Of a DNA stretch of 64,000 nt, positions 42,201 through 53,274 are shown one piece after another. Positions within the stretch are counted from its first letter, which is position 1. Each line of letters begins with the position of its first letter. Both the position numbers and the translations under genes were made by a program. The stretch is from Strigamia acuminata. Taxonomy: Eukaryota. The DNA lies in assembly GCA_949358305.1 (NCBI GenBank), contig OX442314.1, positions 30,318,001 to 30,382,000 on the forward strand, read 5' to 3'. The notes beneath the pieces were generated by a model. That model had not been told where the DNA came from, made no database searches, and saw nothing but the letters and a program-made list of their open reading frames with translations.

Positions 42201-42476
42201 ACGACGCCAATGTGTCATCTGTATGTGTGATCCACTTATAGATTTATACTTGAAGATTTGGGGCCGAAATAGAATGCCATGTCTTTGGGCATGGCATTAG
42301 TGAGATGTTTCTTGAAAGAGATTTTGAGTCAGACTGTTTATTTAATATTCGGAAAAGGTAATAACAATTTGGTTGTCAGGGTTGTGAGCCTGACAACCAA
42401 GTAATTGTTCAATATTGTGAAATCGGATACAATGGTATTTGATAATGTGTATAATCAACAATGTCGGTATGCGACA
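36210..42476 (-). mobile_element. Full-length Ty3/Gypsy LTR retrotransposon, Mag-like
   Basis: Two 266-bp LTRs (36210-36475, 42211-42476) in which I see no difference, with TG...CA ends. The 5-bp TSD is CATCT (36205-36209, 42477-42481). A PBS-like TGGCGTCGTG follows the 5' LTR and a PPT AGGGGGAAGGG precedes the 3' LTR. Confidence 0.97.
36486..41477 (-). CDS. Gag-Pol polyprotein (single ORF, ~1660 aa)
   Basis: Tandem zinc knuckles CNGCGQTHARSVC and CRTCGRTGHIAAVC; protease LDTGS; RT LPFG...YQDD; RNase H CDAS...DHKPL; integrase HH-CC, HADLAGP and VTDNGPQF...AER. The order PR-RT-RH-IN is that of Ty3/Gypsy. Confidence 0.96.
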   Translation of the reverse strand: MVMTLPPAAPAGSVPPALLGIPVPFVGSTAEDWALYLEHFEQLVSLNDIPASKKRAFLLSVVGAPTYQLAHNLFAPSKLSSQTFLDITKKLQEHFTPAPRPVVQRHLLGSRVRAPDESMSNYIAALRGLAERTGATTTDQIEQLVLDQLIRGVGVEQLRQRLLGEENLTLDKASSMAIGFQAATQGNAIYKSSATVPMQHFSANHPPQAALFQLQTTASSNQQPSRPRLPFAKSSGRSPRQGFQDGSRMPAQAAGPPMRPMQPSGSRALCNGCGQTHARSVCPFQTAVCRTCGRTGHIAAVCRNGQPSPQNLLRATRFGPGQSTTPQATGTFGRRPSPPPRFRQLTSPMNYVAAQPMLGQQWTVDGPLDFQHSSIGQPVSSGPLSNVVSGQNSNVPPSIFSPAPILNNANVNQVYANEPGLNPDYSLYYLKSDKCLLPPIVVEAHVNHILLYFQLDTGSEYTVMGSDALASIEQHSNQVVRRYPPAINLFAYPHVSIPLLGIAMMTVTVQATTVRMPIVVTRDPGPPVMGRDSIARFGLIPGLAYAFDDALCISSLIHQDGESLSSIALHLTALSSAIHSVSPQVGPNIFNLSKVESASLPQSPDAIAHYIMQKYDAVFQPGIGTYTGPPVDLHVQPGTRPLFFRPRPIPHAKRPLVDLAIDQLISQGVFRPIQHSEWATPLVVVTKANGGLRLCGDYRATVNRFILPDPYPLPLVADLLAGLANAKYFTLLDLRQAYQQIPLTVRSSLLVAVNTHRGLMAVTRLPFGTAPSSGIFQRIVDGIFRGVPWVSVYQDDILVATPTLELHLHTLVLVFDKLANKGLRVSHDKCQLVKTSVQYLGHFLTQQGITPALSKVQAVLNCPSPTTVTTLKSFLGMVVYYASYVPRMAHLSAPLYALLQKEAEWVWGPKQQAAFQQLKDILASPEVLTYYDLTKPLLLICDASPYGLGAVLAHKFSDGSERPVAYASRTLSSAEQNYAQLDKEAAAIVFGLKKFHSHLSGTFVSIFTDHKPLLGILGPDKPIPNIISPRLLRWALLLSTYHYALIYRPGAQLREADALSRLPLPAPDVPAAEFDAAYPTDIRMLSASGSAYITRERLVQATLADPLLQSLASYVTASWPALRPAAVPSPYWQRRQMMSLAHQLLFVNDRVIVPLFLVPDLLQSLHFHHVGIVAMKRRARPFVWWPDMSRHIEQFVAQCHPCQQTRPLSPRAPLVSWPAPDGPWDRIHADLAGPLHGTMFLVVVDAFSAWIEVAAMRTTVSAAIITVLRRLFATHGLPRVLVTDNGPQFSSAEMGEFTRANHVKHLFSPPYSPWSNGQAERAVRWTKEQLSRASSNRWDLVIPRILMTQHATPSRLDGVSPSVRLFNRQIADVWHQLVRSWAVATHLRSPGAVVPSALRLPIGAPVWYRVFLARSFKWARGSVIAVRGEVVYEIRTDSGEVIIRHLNHLRKFQGETLSLPSTLTPATTAPPSTRALPAILLPSNTLAPHGGAAIDFAARPRPTVLPATQASVSSSPLSSAFTSPHTSAGNSSGNLSAELHLSSSSTPPNSPHESPLSPSIRPSSSLVRLILDADRQAPTFPDQMVSGSGPSSQVATVSTPVPVQPTSSVLLDPALLTQRLRAILQKDQQPPAQPTGPPDTTSLRRSERLKQLPGHPKQNVPKQ

Positions 42477-43471
42477 CATCTAAATGGAATTTTCCCATTT
42501 TTTCTACAATAAACTCATTATTTTGTATTCTTAACCTAAAAGCTCCTCTTTGAGTGCGAGATTCTAATACCTGAAATCTCCAAAATAAAAAATAAAAACA
42601 AGTTATTTCAAACCCAACACACCTAAAATCTTCCACTCAATCCAAACACTTTTATTTGAAACATGTCAACAAAACCACCAACCAAGTAACACCACCCCGA
42701 GTAAACGTTAATCCAACTCCCGTACATTGGTCCCACCACCCAAACTCCACCTGCAACTTCACACGCTTCCCAACGCACCGAATTACGTGACTTGTAAACC
42801 GATCCCAAAACAAACTGCCGTGTGGCATCACGTTCGCACAAAAGAAAAACAAACTTCACGACCGATCCCGGAATTCTTTAACGACACAACACCCATAAAC
42901 GCAACAAACAAACAAAAAAAAACTCAAAACTAAAATGATTTTTATTATTAATTATCCTCAATGCTTCGTTGAGATTTCGAATTACCAAGCCCAATTTCCA
43001 CTCGTTATCAGCGTGTCAACAACGGACTTATTTATGGGCCTTTTTCGGGCGCCATTGCGTCATGCGACGACGAGCCAATCGCGAAGCGGGCTTGCACCGA
43101 GTTGATTTGACGGGCCACTCAATTTTCCAGCAACGTACGATAGAGGGCGGCTGCCGACACGCACAAGGAGATTTAGTTCGCCGAAAGGTCGCGGACACAG
43201 GAGGGTCATCGAAGCGGTGCCAGATGGCGGGAATCGATTTAGCAAGCGGAGTATCGTCGGACAACGGTTGGCTTGGGGAGAACAAGTCGGCTTTATTCGG
43301 CTGGAAAAGCGCGCAGTTTTGATTACATTTCAATTCTTTTCAAGGATGATTTAAAGTGATGGGAAAATATGTAAACAAAAATATGACGGATCTTGATGTT
43401 TTTATGAAAAAAAAAATATTTCATCTTTTCGTCTTTTTTTCAGGCCATGGCGATGGCGATATCGAGGCCTG

Positions 43472-44935
43472 GTGCAATATCCGAGCGCGGGGCCTTTATG
43501 GGTGGATTTATAGAGAGAGATTTAGAAGTCAGCGCCCCCTATCTCAATAAAGTTGTTCTTATGCTAACTAGCTGACCAAGATGGATGTATGTTAATTTCG
43601 TCCATGCTTAAATTTTAAAGAAGTTCCAGAAACATAATATTGGTGACGAGGATAGACAAAAACGGATTCCATGCTAATCTTGAGTATCCAAATGCTTGTT
43701 TAAATTGTTTCTTGGCAACTTTCGAGCATTTTTCTTGAAATTCTTTGACCACACGTCTCGCGTGTAGGCCTATTTTGCGTTTTGTGCCCTTTTTAATTGA
43801 TTTTTGGTTATTTTTCGGCGTTTAGATGGCTAGTCCTGCTACCTTCGAGTACTATGACTCGGATAAGGATTGGGAGCAATATGTGGAACGGTTAGAGGTC
43901 TTTTTCGATTACCATGATATCCTGGACGATCAAAAGAAGGTCTCGTGGTTGATGACGGCCATGGGTGCTGATAAGCATAAACGGTTGTCGGACCTACCAA
44001 GGAAACCAAAGGAGAAAACGTTTGCAGATCTTACAACGCTTCTGCAAAATCACCAAAGTGCGAAGCTGTTGCAATGTGCCCAACGCTTCCGGTTTCAAAA
44101 GCGGTTGCAACTTTCAGATGAGTCTGCGGCTCAATTTTCGGTTGCTCTGCAATCGCTTGCACAGCATTGCGATTACAGTGAAGCACTTCCGCTCCTTCTG
44201 GCTGATTGTTTCGTCCAGGCATTACAGTCGGAAGTTGTCCAAAGATGCCGTTTGCCACGGTTGAGGTAAAAAAGGTAACATCAAACCTGTTTGTTTGTCA
44301 GGTGGCAAGGTGCAGACGCATCACATAACACAGGAAGTGCTGGACTTAACGTTTAATCAACTTACGGTCAATGCAGTCAGATTGACTTGGTGGTTGCCAC
44401 TCCAATTAACCATGGATGTGGCAGGTGTCGAGCTGAAAATGGAGATTGACACCGGGGCTGCTATGACAATAATTGGTCTCGATATTTATACTGAATTATT
44501 TGCTTTTGTTCTATCACAGCTACTTGAATGTCCATTAGCTGGCTATAATGGCTACCATCCATGGAAGGGGTTTTCGAGGTGATCGTTACATTTAAAGGTT
44601 GTACGTGCCTTCTGATGGCAGTCTTGCGCAACGGCACCACACCACTTGTCGGACATGACTGGCTTGGCATGTTTGGCCTTCTGTCGAAAGGCAGCATGGC
44701 CATGGGTGCAGATGAAATACTCCGGTGTGAGTCGGGCCAGTAGTCGAGCCCATTTTCCTGAAAGTTTATTCGGTGCTGCTTTCCGTGTAGGGTCTTGTTG
44801 AAATGGAGCTGAATCAATTGCAGCAATTGGGTATCATCACTCCTGTGGTTTCATCGAGATGGGCAACACCCATCATGCATGTTAAAAAAATGGATGGGCA
44901 TGATCAAGATCGCTGGTTGCTACAACAGACAATAA
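43472..44935 (+). mobile_element. Decayed, 3'-truncated Mag-like Ty3/Gypsy element
   Basis: PBS TGGTGACGAGGAT (43641-43653, tRNA-Ser-like); gag fragment DWEQYVERLEVFF (43826-44269); protease MEIDTGAAMTII; RT start GIITPVVSSRWATP. Stops and frameshifts are present, and the LTR start is approximate. Confidence 0.8.
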
Positions 44936-45750
44936 ATTTCAACTTACTTTGCATCTTGACGAAGACAAATTCTAAAAATTGACTACAAATGCAAAAACAA
45001 AAATTTAATATCCAAAAAATTGACAAATAATTTACAAGACACAAATGGGTTTATTTTCCAATATACAGACCAGTAAAGTTGCTGTGGAAGCAAAGTCAGT
45101 AATAATCAATTCAGATTAGCAGGTGAATTTCTTCATTTACTTTGTTTTTTCGTGTATTTTTCATGAAGTTGGTGTGATATGTCTTGGTAGTTGGAGACAC
45201 GGCAGATAAGCCCATCCTGCCCCCCACAAGTTTTTTAAAAATAAATTTAGTTGTGCGCAGAAAAAAAAAATTAAAAGAAAATTAAGTTTCATTCATTAAT
45301 TAAATTAAATAAAATATTTCTGGTAGAAAATTCTGGTAAAAAATTATCAGGTTCTGGTAAAAAATTATCTGGTAAAAAATATTCCTGCTAAAAAAAACAT
45401 ACAGAGATGTGATCGTGTCGAAAAGAGTGGTATTTCTTTAAAAGTCGAAATATTTTTGGTCGAAAGAAATTCAGGTCGAAAATAACTTCCTTTTATGCTT
45501 CTGCTCTGAACCATCTTGCAGCATGTAGATAATTTTCTGTCCTAAAAATCTGTTAAATAAAACATAAAAAGCACATTAGTCATCATAAATTAAAAATCTA
45601 CCACCTGCCGAAAGCCAAGCCCATACTTTTATAATTTAAATTTCCAGGAACCTGTAAAGTCAACCAGGAAGTTAAAATCCTATAAGATAAAAGACCAAAA
45701 TAAAGTTTGGGTTCTTAGAAAAGATGGATTAAAAGCAGCACACGTTTTTT

Positions 45751-45998
45751 CGGGGCGTGTCATCTAGTGCGACAAAATTTTACCGCGACACGATCTACCG
45801 CGACTTTTGAAACTGCAACTGTTTTTCTTTGTCTAATTCCTAAGAAGGGCTAACAAGGGGGGGCTGCGCCCCCCTTGATTTCCCCCCCCCCCCCCCCCCC
45901 CCCGCGAACCTAACCTTACTGGTTTTTTTTTATGTAAAAACCATTTTTTAGGGACGGATTGTCGCGGTAGATCGTGTCGCGCTAGATGTGGGGACCCA
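45751..45998. mobile_element. Short non-autonomous element with subterminal inverted repeats (MITE/Helentron-like)
   Basis: CGCGACACGATCTACCGCGAC and GTCGCGGTAGATCGTGTCGCG are inverted; an AACCTAACCT motif is present; a related 5' part occurs at ~27607-27712. Confidence 0.6.
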
Positions 45999-47002
45999 TG
46001 TGCCTTTTCAATGCCTCGTTTAGCATTAACAATAAAATAACAAAACAGTTCTGATTTAGCTGTCAATTAGTTACCTGTTTTGTCACTGGGTGGCGCTTGT
46101 GCTAAGGAAACATAGAGTCACTAACCAATTTATTTATTCAAACTAAATACTGTCGATTTTTTTTATATTTCTTGAATGTATTATTACATTTTGAATAAAA
46201 ACGTATTTAATAATGATTGGTTTAATTTATAATGTATTTACTTTTAATGTTTTATAGACAAAATAAATACCAAATGCAATACGCAGTAAATTTATATTAA
46301 AAATCTACAACCTGCCGAAAGCTAAGCCCATACTTTCGTAATTTAAATTGCCAGGAAACTGTACATTCAACCAGGAAGTTAAAATCCTCTCAATTAAAAG
46401 ACCAAAATAAACTTTGGGTACTGAGAAAAGGTGGATTTAAAGCAGCACATGTTTCTTTGCGACCTTGGTGCGAGAATAACGGTATACAAATCCCATGATT
46501 CCCTTCGCTGAATGATTGTCAACAGACAATAATTTTCAACTTTTACTTGTTAGAATAAATTTGCATCTAGACGAAGACACAGGACAGGAGTGCTCTATTC
46601 TAGTGATTAATTCCTTCCTTTTGTGCCAAATCCAGGTAAATAACATAACAAATTGGTATTTTTCACAAACATTTCTTTTGTTTGACTAAATTCGTGTTGT
46701 GTTTCATTGATGCTTAGTGAAATATTTTGAACGAATGTGCCTTTTCAATGCCTAATTTAGCACTAACTATAAAATATCAAAACGGTTCTGATTTAGCTGT
46801 CAATTAATTTCCTGTTTTGTCACAAGGTGGCGCTTGCGCTAAGGAAACATGAAGTCACTAACCAATTTATTTATTCAAACTAAACACTGTCGGTCGATTG
46901 TTTATTTTTCTTGAATGTATTATTACATTTTGAATAAAAAAGTATTTAATAATAATTGGTTTAATTTATAATGTATTTACTTTCCATGTTTTATAGACAA
47001 AA

Positions 47003-50000
47003 ATGAATTCCAAATACGAAACGAGGTAAATTTGTATTTAATTTTCATTTATTTTCTACCAGTAATTATTTTATTTTTTTTGCAGATCAAAAAAGCCGAG
47101 ATTAAGCAGCGATTCTGATTCGGATTCGGATGTAGAAGATGAGTGGGAAAAATTCCGCAGAATTCGGAGGTTAAAAAAAATTCACAAACAAATGAGGACG
47201 AACAACGACAGCCACAAATGCCAACACTGTCTACAATTGTTTGACGAGATCACGATGGTTTCGCCGCTGGATTTTGCTGTATTTATTCAGATTTATTTGC
47301 CAAAACGATTAAATTTTGACCGACCATAATTTTTTTTCTATTTTAAATTTTCAGTTCGAAGAAAAAGAGTGCGAATTTATTAATTCAGTTGAATCGGACG
47401 AAATTGGAGTAAAATCATTCAAAGTGAATTGTTTTGTTGTTCATGACGAGCTGTCACACATTTGTCAGTTGGACTGGGGCCTGGTCGAAAAGGGTTTTCG
47501 CTGTTTTGTCAGTGGTTACGTCTACTCTGATGAGGACAAAACAGAAACAGGTAAATTTAAAGCAATTACAAAAATTGAAAAAGATTTAAATTTATTTTTC
47601 ATGTAGCCGTGATAAACATTGGACCAATATCTGAGTGGTGGGTATCTTACGAGGACGAGGATGAAGCAACGATAGGAGTGACAACTGGTAATATTAACCA
47701 GCAAAATAATTAATTTTTGAAATTTTGAATTTAATTTATTTATTTTTAGACTTGGGGTATTATTATTTGATGGTTCCAAGCAACGACTATCGGGTTTATT
47801 TCCTCCCCTTAAAGGAAAAGACGTTTTTGCTGAACATAATTATCAATTTTGTCGAAGAAGACGAAAACATCACCTATGATGAATTAATTCAGAAAATCAA
47901 GGTAAAGAAATTGTTTAAAAATTATTTTTATTTATTTATTTATATATTTATTTATTTATTTATTTTAGACTGCTTCGGCCCCTGTCGACTACGCAGACGA
48001 CATTGAATTGACTGAAAAAGCGGTCCGCAAGCACGCGGATTTTATCTTGGAGCAAATCTCCAGCTACGACGAATGCGAGGACGATATTGACCCATTGATG
48101 CAAACCGATTGCATTCAAAAATTAAAAGAATTGTCGGGCAAAATAATGCCAATTGGTCGAACTGGGTAAGGGATTTTTTTAAAAATATAAAATAAAATAA
48201 AATAAACTAAAACAAATACAATTTTTAGGATAACACAGCAGAGGAAAAGTGCTGACACGATGCAGCAGAGAAAATTCAGAAACAAGCGCAGACTAAGGAA
48301 GAAAAGTGGGACTTGCAAATCTCTGAACACTAAGCTCGTTAATCGAATTTTTGATTCGATTTTTAAAGATTTCGTTTGTGGTCCGGTAATTATTATGACT
48401 ATCTCGAAATTAACTGAGAATAAAATAATTTTTTTTTATCTACGGAGTATTTATTATATTTTCTTTTTGATTTTGCAGGACGAGTGGAACGGACAAGGAA
48501 ATTCTGAAAATGAATTAGAAATCGACGAGGTAGAGCGACATTCTGAAATTAATCCTGAAATTGGACAACGGCTCGAGTTAGACGATTTTTCGAGTAGAAA
48601 AATCGAAGTTTTTTTCAAAGAAATTGTAAAGAGTCGAAATAACGTGACGTATATAAAAACATTCGACATCCGGAACGAATGTGTAAATATTTTATTTGTT
48701 TCTTAATTTTTTAAAATGGTATTTTAATTTTTATATTTAATTTCTATTTAGTTTGAAATTGGGGACTGTATTTGTATCCAGCCACGCGACCAACCATCAG
48801 CGCCGTATCAATTGGCCAGAATCGTCACTGTAACGTTTGATGAAATACAAAACAAAGGAGGAATTCATGTCATTTATTTTACGTAATTTTATGAATTTAT
48901 TATTTTTTATTCAATTGTTAAATTCATTTTAAATTTTTTTGTTAACTAGAGCTGCGTCCGATACAATATTAGGCAAAACAGCGAGCGAAAACGAATATTT
49001 CGTGTCCAATTACTGTAAAACCGTCGGTTTTTCATCGGTTAAATGCAAAAGCGATGTATTTATTTTGAATTTTTCTATCCAACTATAAAACATGGAGTTG
49101 TTCAAATACCAGTACGGTTGTAAGTGTGTGGTTTGTAGACAAACGTAGAATTGTATTTATAACTGTACTGGATTATGAAATCCGGTTCACCATGTTTTGT
49201 TGATGTAGTTTTTGTGATTTTCTTGAACTAAAAACGTTATTTTTTAATTAGTTAATTCGCAAATATCCGTTAAAACATTGGAAATACAACGGCGGTAAGG
49301 ATGTCGAAGAGGAGAGCATAAATAAAGATGGAAGACGATTTTATTTTTCCAAATATCACGACGAACGTACATGCAGATTTGAAGATATTCCGCAAACATT
49401 TGATAATCTCGATGGAATTGAATGTCCAAATTGCTCCCGAAGGAAAAAAGAAACTCAGGTTTAACTTGAAAAAAAATGATTTTGATTATTTGTTCGATTT
49501 TCATATTATTTTTGTTTTATTTAGGGAATTATTTCATTGTCCGGTTACAGATTCGACGAGGAATCGGGACTAAAAAAATACAAATCCGTAAATTGGAAAA
49601 ATGTGGAATTTAAAATTAGAGATGCTGTTTTTCTAGTTCCATCTGCGTTCCAATTTGACGCGATTCGTGTCCCCGAGATGCCGAGACCGAGAGATACATT
49701 AGAAGACGTTGACGATGAAGAATATCCGGAGTATTATAGAAAGGCGAAAACGAACGAGGTTTTGAACAAATGCGAGCCATACAGAGTAGGAATTATCACG
49801 GAGATTTACTCGTGTTATATGCCGGAGTACATAAAATATCCGGATCAAGTTGTGTTACACGTTAAGAAGTTTTACCGGCCTGAAAATACTCATCTTGGAC
49901 TTAATGCGAGTTATGAAGCGGATTTTAATTTGCTTTATTCGAGTAACGAAGGTTCGCACTGTTGATTAATTTGGAAAATAGATAACATTTTAGTCGTGAA

Positions 50001-53000
50001 AGTGGCCAATTTTGATTTTTTGACAGAAATTTGGCGTGAAAATCAATTTTTTGATGGATTTATTACATTTTAATGACAGGATTATGATTTTTAAGACCAA
50101 TATTGCTAATTCAAATTAATTTTTGACCGATTAATTATAAATTATTGGCAAATTTGGATTTTTATGACCGAAATTTGGTGTGAAAATCAATTTCTTCGAC
50201 CCCTTTGCTATAAATAATTTTTTTGACAGAAATTTGATCCGCAAATCAAAGTTTTGACGAAATTATCACAATTTAACATCAATTTGTCACAATTTAACAT
50301 CAATTTATTACAATTTAACACCAATTATCACAATTTAACATCAATTATCACAATTTAACATCAATTTTCACAGCTAAATCAATTTTTCACAAACCTAGTG
50401 GAATTTTAAAACAATCCATTTGAATTTCCACTAACTTCTCCTAACAATTATGAAAATAATTGCATTAAAACCGCCATTTTATTCATTCCAGAAGTCATAG
50501 TCACACTCTCCACCATCGTCGCCAAATGCAAACTTATGTATTGTGGAATTCCCGAAGAAATTGCCTCATCTTACGACCAACAACACTTTTACTTCGACCA
50601 AACCTACAACGCCCGCACCAAAGAATTCACCGCAGCCGAGAACTACTACTGCAACATCCCGGACGAAGTTCTCGACAAAGATCCCGACAAAATCACCCCC
50701 TTAAGGACGCTGGACCTCTTCTGCGGCTGCGGGGGCCTCTCCGAAGGCCTCGTGCAAGCGGGGGCAGCGAACCCTCGCTGGGGCGTTGATGACGATCCAT
50801 TTGCCGCGGCTGCTTACGAGAAAAACCATCCAAATTGCACCGTCTACAGATACGACTGTAACGCGTTCCTATCCAAGTTGATGGACCCGGATTGCGAGGA
50901 ATATCTGCCGCTGAAGGGTGAAGTTGAGTTTGTGTGCGGGGGACCCCCCTGTCAGGGTTTCACGGGCCTGAACAAGTTCAAAGAGCATTTGTGCGCGAAA
51001 ATGAAGAACAGTTTGGTCACGACGCTGCTGAGTTTGTGCGATTGGTTCCGACCGAGGTTTTTTCTGCTGGAGAACGTGCAGAATTTCGTGCGGTGCAACG
51101 AGAGTTTGATCGTTAAGTCGGCGCTGAGGTGTTTGCTGGCTATTGGGTATCAGTGCACGGTTGGGTTGTTGCAGGCAGGGAATTACGGCGTGCCGCAGAG
51201 GCGCAGACGGTAAGTGGATTTGACGAAGGCTGGTTTTGTTTCTGTGGAGGGTCGGATGGGATTTTTGAGAGAATTTGATTTTTGGAAGTGAAAATTGGAT
51301 TCAAAAGGTGGAAATTGAATTTTTAAAACAGAATTAAAACAAAAGTTGAATTTTTGTTTTAAAATTTGAATTTATTATAGTGGCCATTGATTTTATTGAA
51401 TTTTATTAATTTTTGATGCTTTTTCGTGATTTTTGTTGAATTTTATGGACTTTTATTGAATTTATTGAATATTATTCACTTTTATTGAATTTTATTGACT
51501 TTTATTGAATTTTATTCACTTTCATTGAATTTTATTGACTTTTATTGAATTTTATTCACTTTCATTGAATTTTATTCACTTTTATTCACTTTTATTAATT
51601 TTTATTGAATTTTATTGAATTTTATTGATTTTTATTAAATTTTATAGACTTTTATTGAATTTTATTGATTTTTATTAAATTTTATAGACTTTTATTGAAT
51701 TTTATTGATTTTTATTAAATTTTATAGACTTTTATGTATTTTATTCTGTTTTATTGAAGGTTTTTGATGTTTTTATTATACATATACACTTGTATATAAC
51801 ATAAAAATAATTAAATATTTTATTATTTTGTTTCTAAACAGTGTTTTCGTCTTAGCCGCAGCACCTGGCGAAGTCTTACCCAATTTTCCCGAACCAACGC
51901 ATGTCTTCAACACCAATGCAACAATTTGGACGAATATCGACGGGATTAAAATGACTCCGGGCCTCCACTGGCCTTCGTGCGCCCCGTACCGAACCGTGAC
52001 AGTCCGAGATGCAATCGGGGACTTACCTGAGATCACCGACGCTGATGCCACCCAAATTCAGGAGTACAACGCTCAGAAGCAGTCGCACTTTCAGAGAATA
52101 GTAAAATTAAAATAAATGATCACAAAAATTTTAAAAATAATGTTTAATTATTTTTTTTTCTTTTAGATTCGCAAAGACGACACGGGATTCATACGCGATC
52201 ACGTTCACAAAAGTTTAACCTGTCTAGATATGGAAAGAATATCTCGAATCCCGAAGACTTACGGTGCCGATTGGCGCGATATGCCGAACATATCTATCGA
52301 GCTCTCAAATGGATCAACGACTAAAAAATTGTGAGTTAAAATAGAAATTTCAAATTTTAGAGTTTTTATGCTAATTTTTTTTACGTTTTATCTTGTTATT
52401 TTATTTTTATTATTTAGTTTATCGTGTTTGTTCATGTTTTTTCTATGTTTTTCTTACGGTTTTTCATGTTTTTTACGGCTTTTCACGGTTTTGCTGTGTT
52501 TTTTCAAGGATTTCCTGTGTTTTTTCAAGGATTTCTGTGTTTTTTCAAGGATTTCTGTGTTTTTTCAAGGATTTTCTGTGTTTTTTTAAGGATTTCTGTG
52601 TTTTTTCAAAGATTTCTGTGTTTTTTCAAGGATTTTCTGTGTTTTTTCAAGGATTTTCTATATTTTTTCAGTTTTTCTGTGTTTTTCAAAGGTTTTCTGT
52701 ATTTTTTTTTACGGTTTTTTATTCTTTTTCATGTATTCTTGTTGATTTTAGAATTTACAATTACAAAGACATCCGAAACGGACACTCGAGGACCGGATTG
52801 CTGCGCGGCGTCTGTCCTTGTGCGGAAGCTGAACGAGACGGTGTCGTATGCAAGATCTACAGACAGCCCGAAACCCTAATACCATGGTTTTTGGTACATA
52901 CTGCCAACGACAACAACCAATGGAGTGGGACGTATGGCCGATTATTTTACGAAGACGTTTTTCCCGTAATTCTTACGGACGTTAGGGTTTCGGGGAAAAT

Positions 53001-53263
53001 TGGTCGAGTAATTCATCCGGAACAAGACAGGGTCCTCACTGTCCGAGAGTGCGCACGAGCACAAGGATTCCCGGATTCATACGTGTTTTGCGGCGATATT
53101 GCTGAGAGATACAAACAGGTTTCGCTTGTCGGAATAATTTAAAATCCACTTACATTCATTGTGTTTTTATTTTTTATTTTTTATTTTGATTCAGATTGGA
53201 AATGCAGTCCCTCCGTTGTTGGCGTGTGCAATCGGCCGCGAAATTGTTAAGTGTATAAAATAG
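47003..53263 (+). CDS. DNMT1: DNA (cytosine-5)-methyltransferase 1-like, divergent, 1216 aa, 17 exons: 47003-47025, 47086-47278, 47355-47550, 47607-47687, 47750-47901, 47969-48165, 48229-48385, 48479-48682, 48752-48882, 48950-49055, 49252-49458, 49525-49951, 50492-51209, 51842-52100, 52167-52330, 52752-53118, 53195-53263
   Basis: Domains: RFTS (CQHCLQ...HICQLDWGLVEK, IGPISEWW), BAH1 (FEIGDCI, SDTILG), BAH2 (YPEYYRK, KFYRPENTH). Methyltransferase motifs: I LDLFCGCGGLS, IV GGPPCQGF, VI LLENV, VIII YGVPQRRRR, IX LTVRECARAQGFPD, X QIGNAVPP. All introns are GT-AG and in phase, with no stops. Confidence 0.93.
51440..51730. repeat. 10-bp-unit repeat (TTTTATTGAA / TTTTATTCAC)
   Basis: Tandem copies in DNMT1-like intron 13. 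Confidence 0.9.
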
Positions 53264-53274
53264 TGATTTTAAAA

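Noticed and set aside
47527..47550. CTGATGA...GAAAC hammerhead-like core
   Set aside because: No stem II can form, and it lies in a coding exon.
50536..53142. Bacterial restriction-modification methyltransferase or horizontal transfer
   Set aside because: The RFTS-BAH-BAH-MTase architecture and 16 spliceosomal introns identify a eukaryotic DNMT1-family gene.
47003..53263. DNMT1-like gene as a pseudogene
   Set aside because: All 17 exons splice in phase into a stop-free 3651-nt frame with intact catalytic motifs. Expression still needs to be shown.
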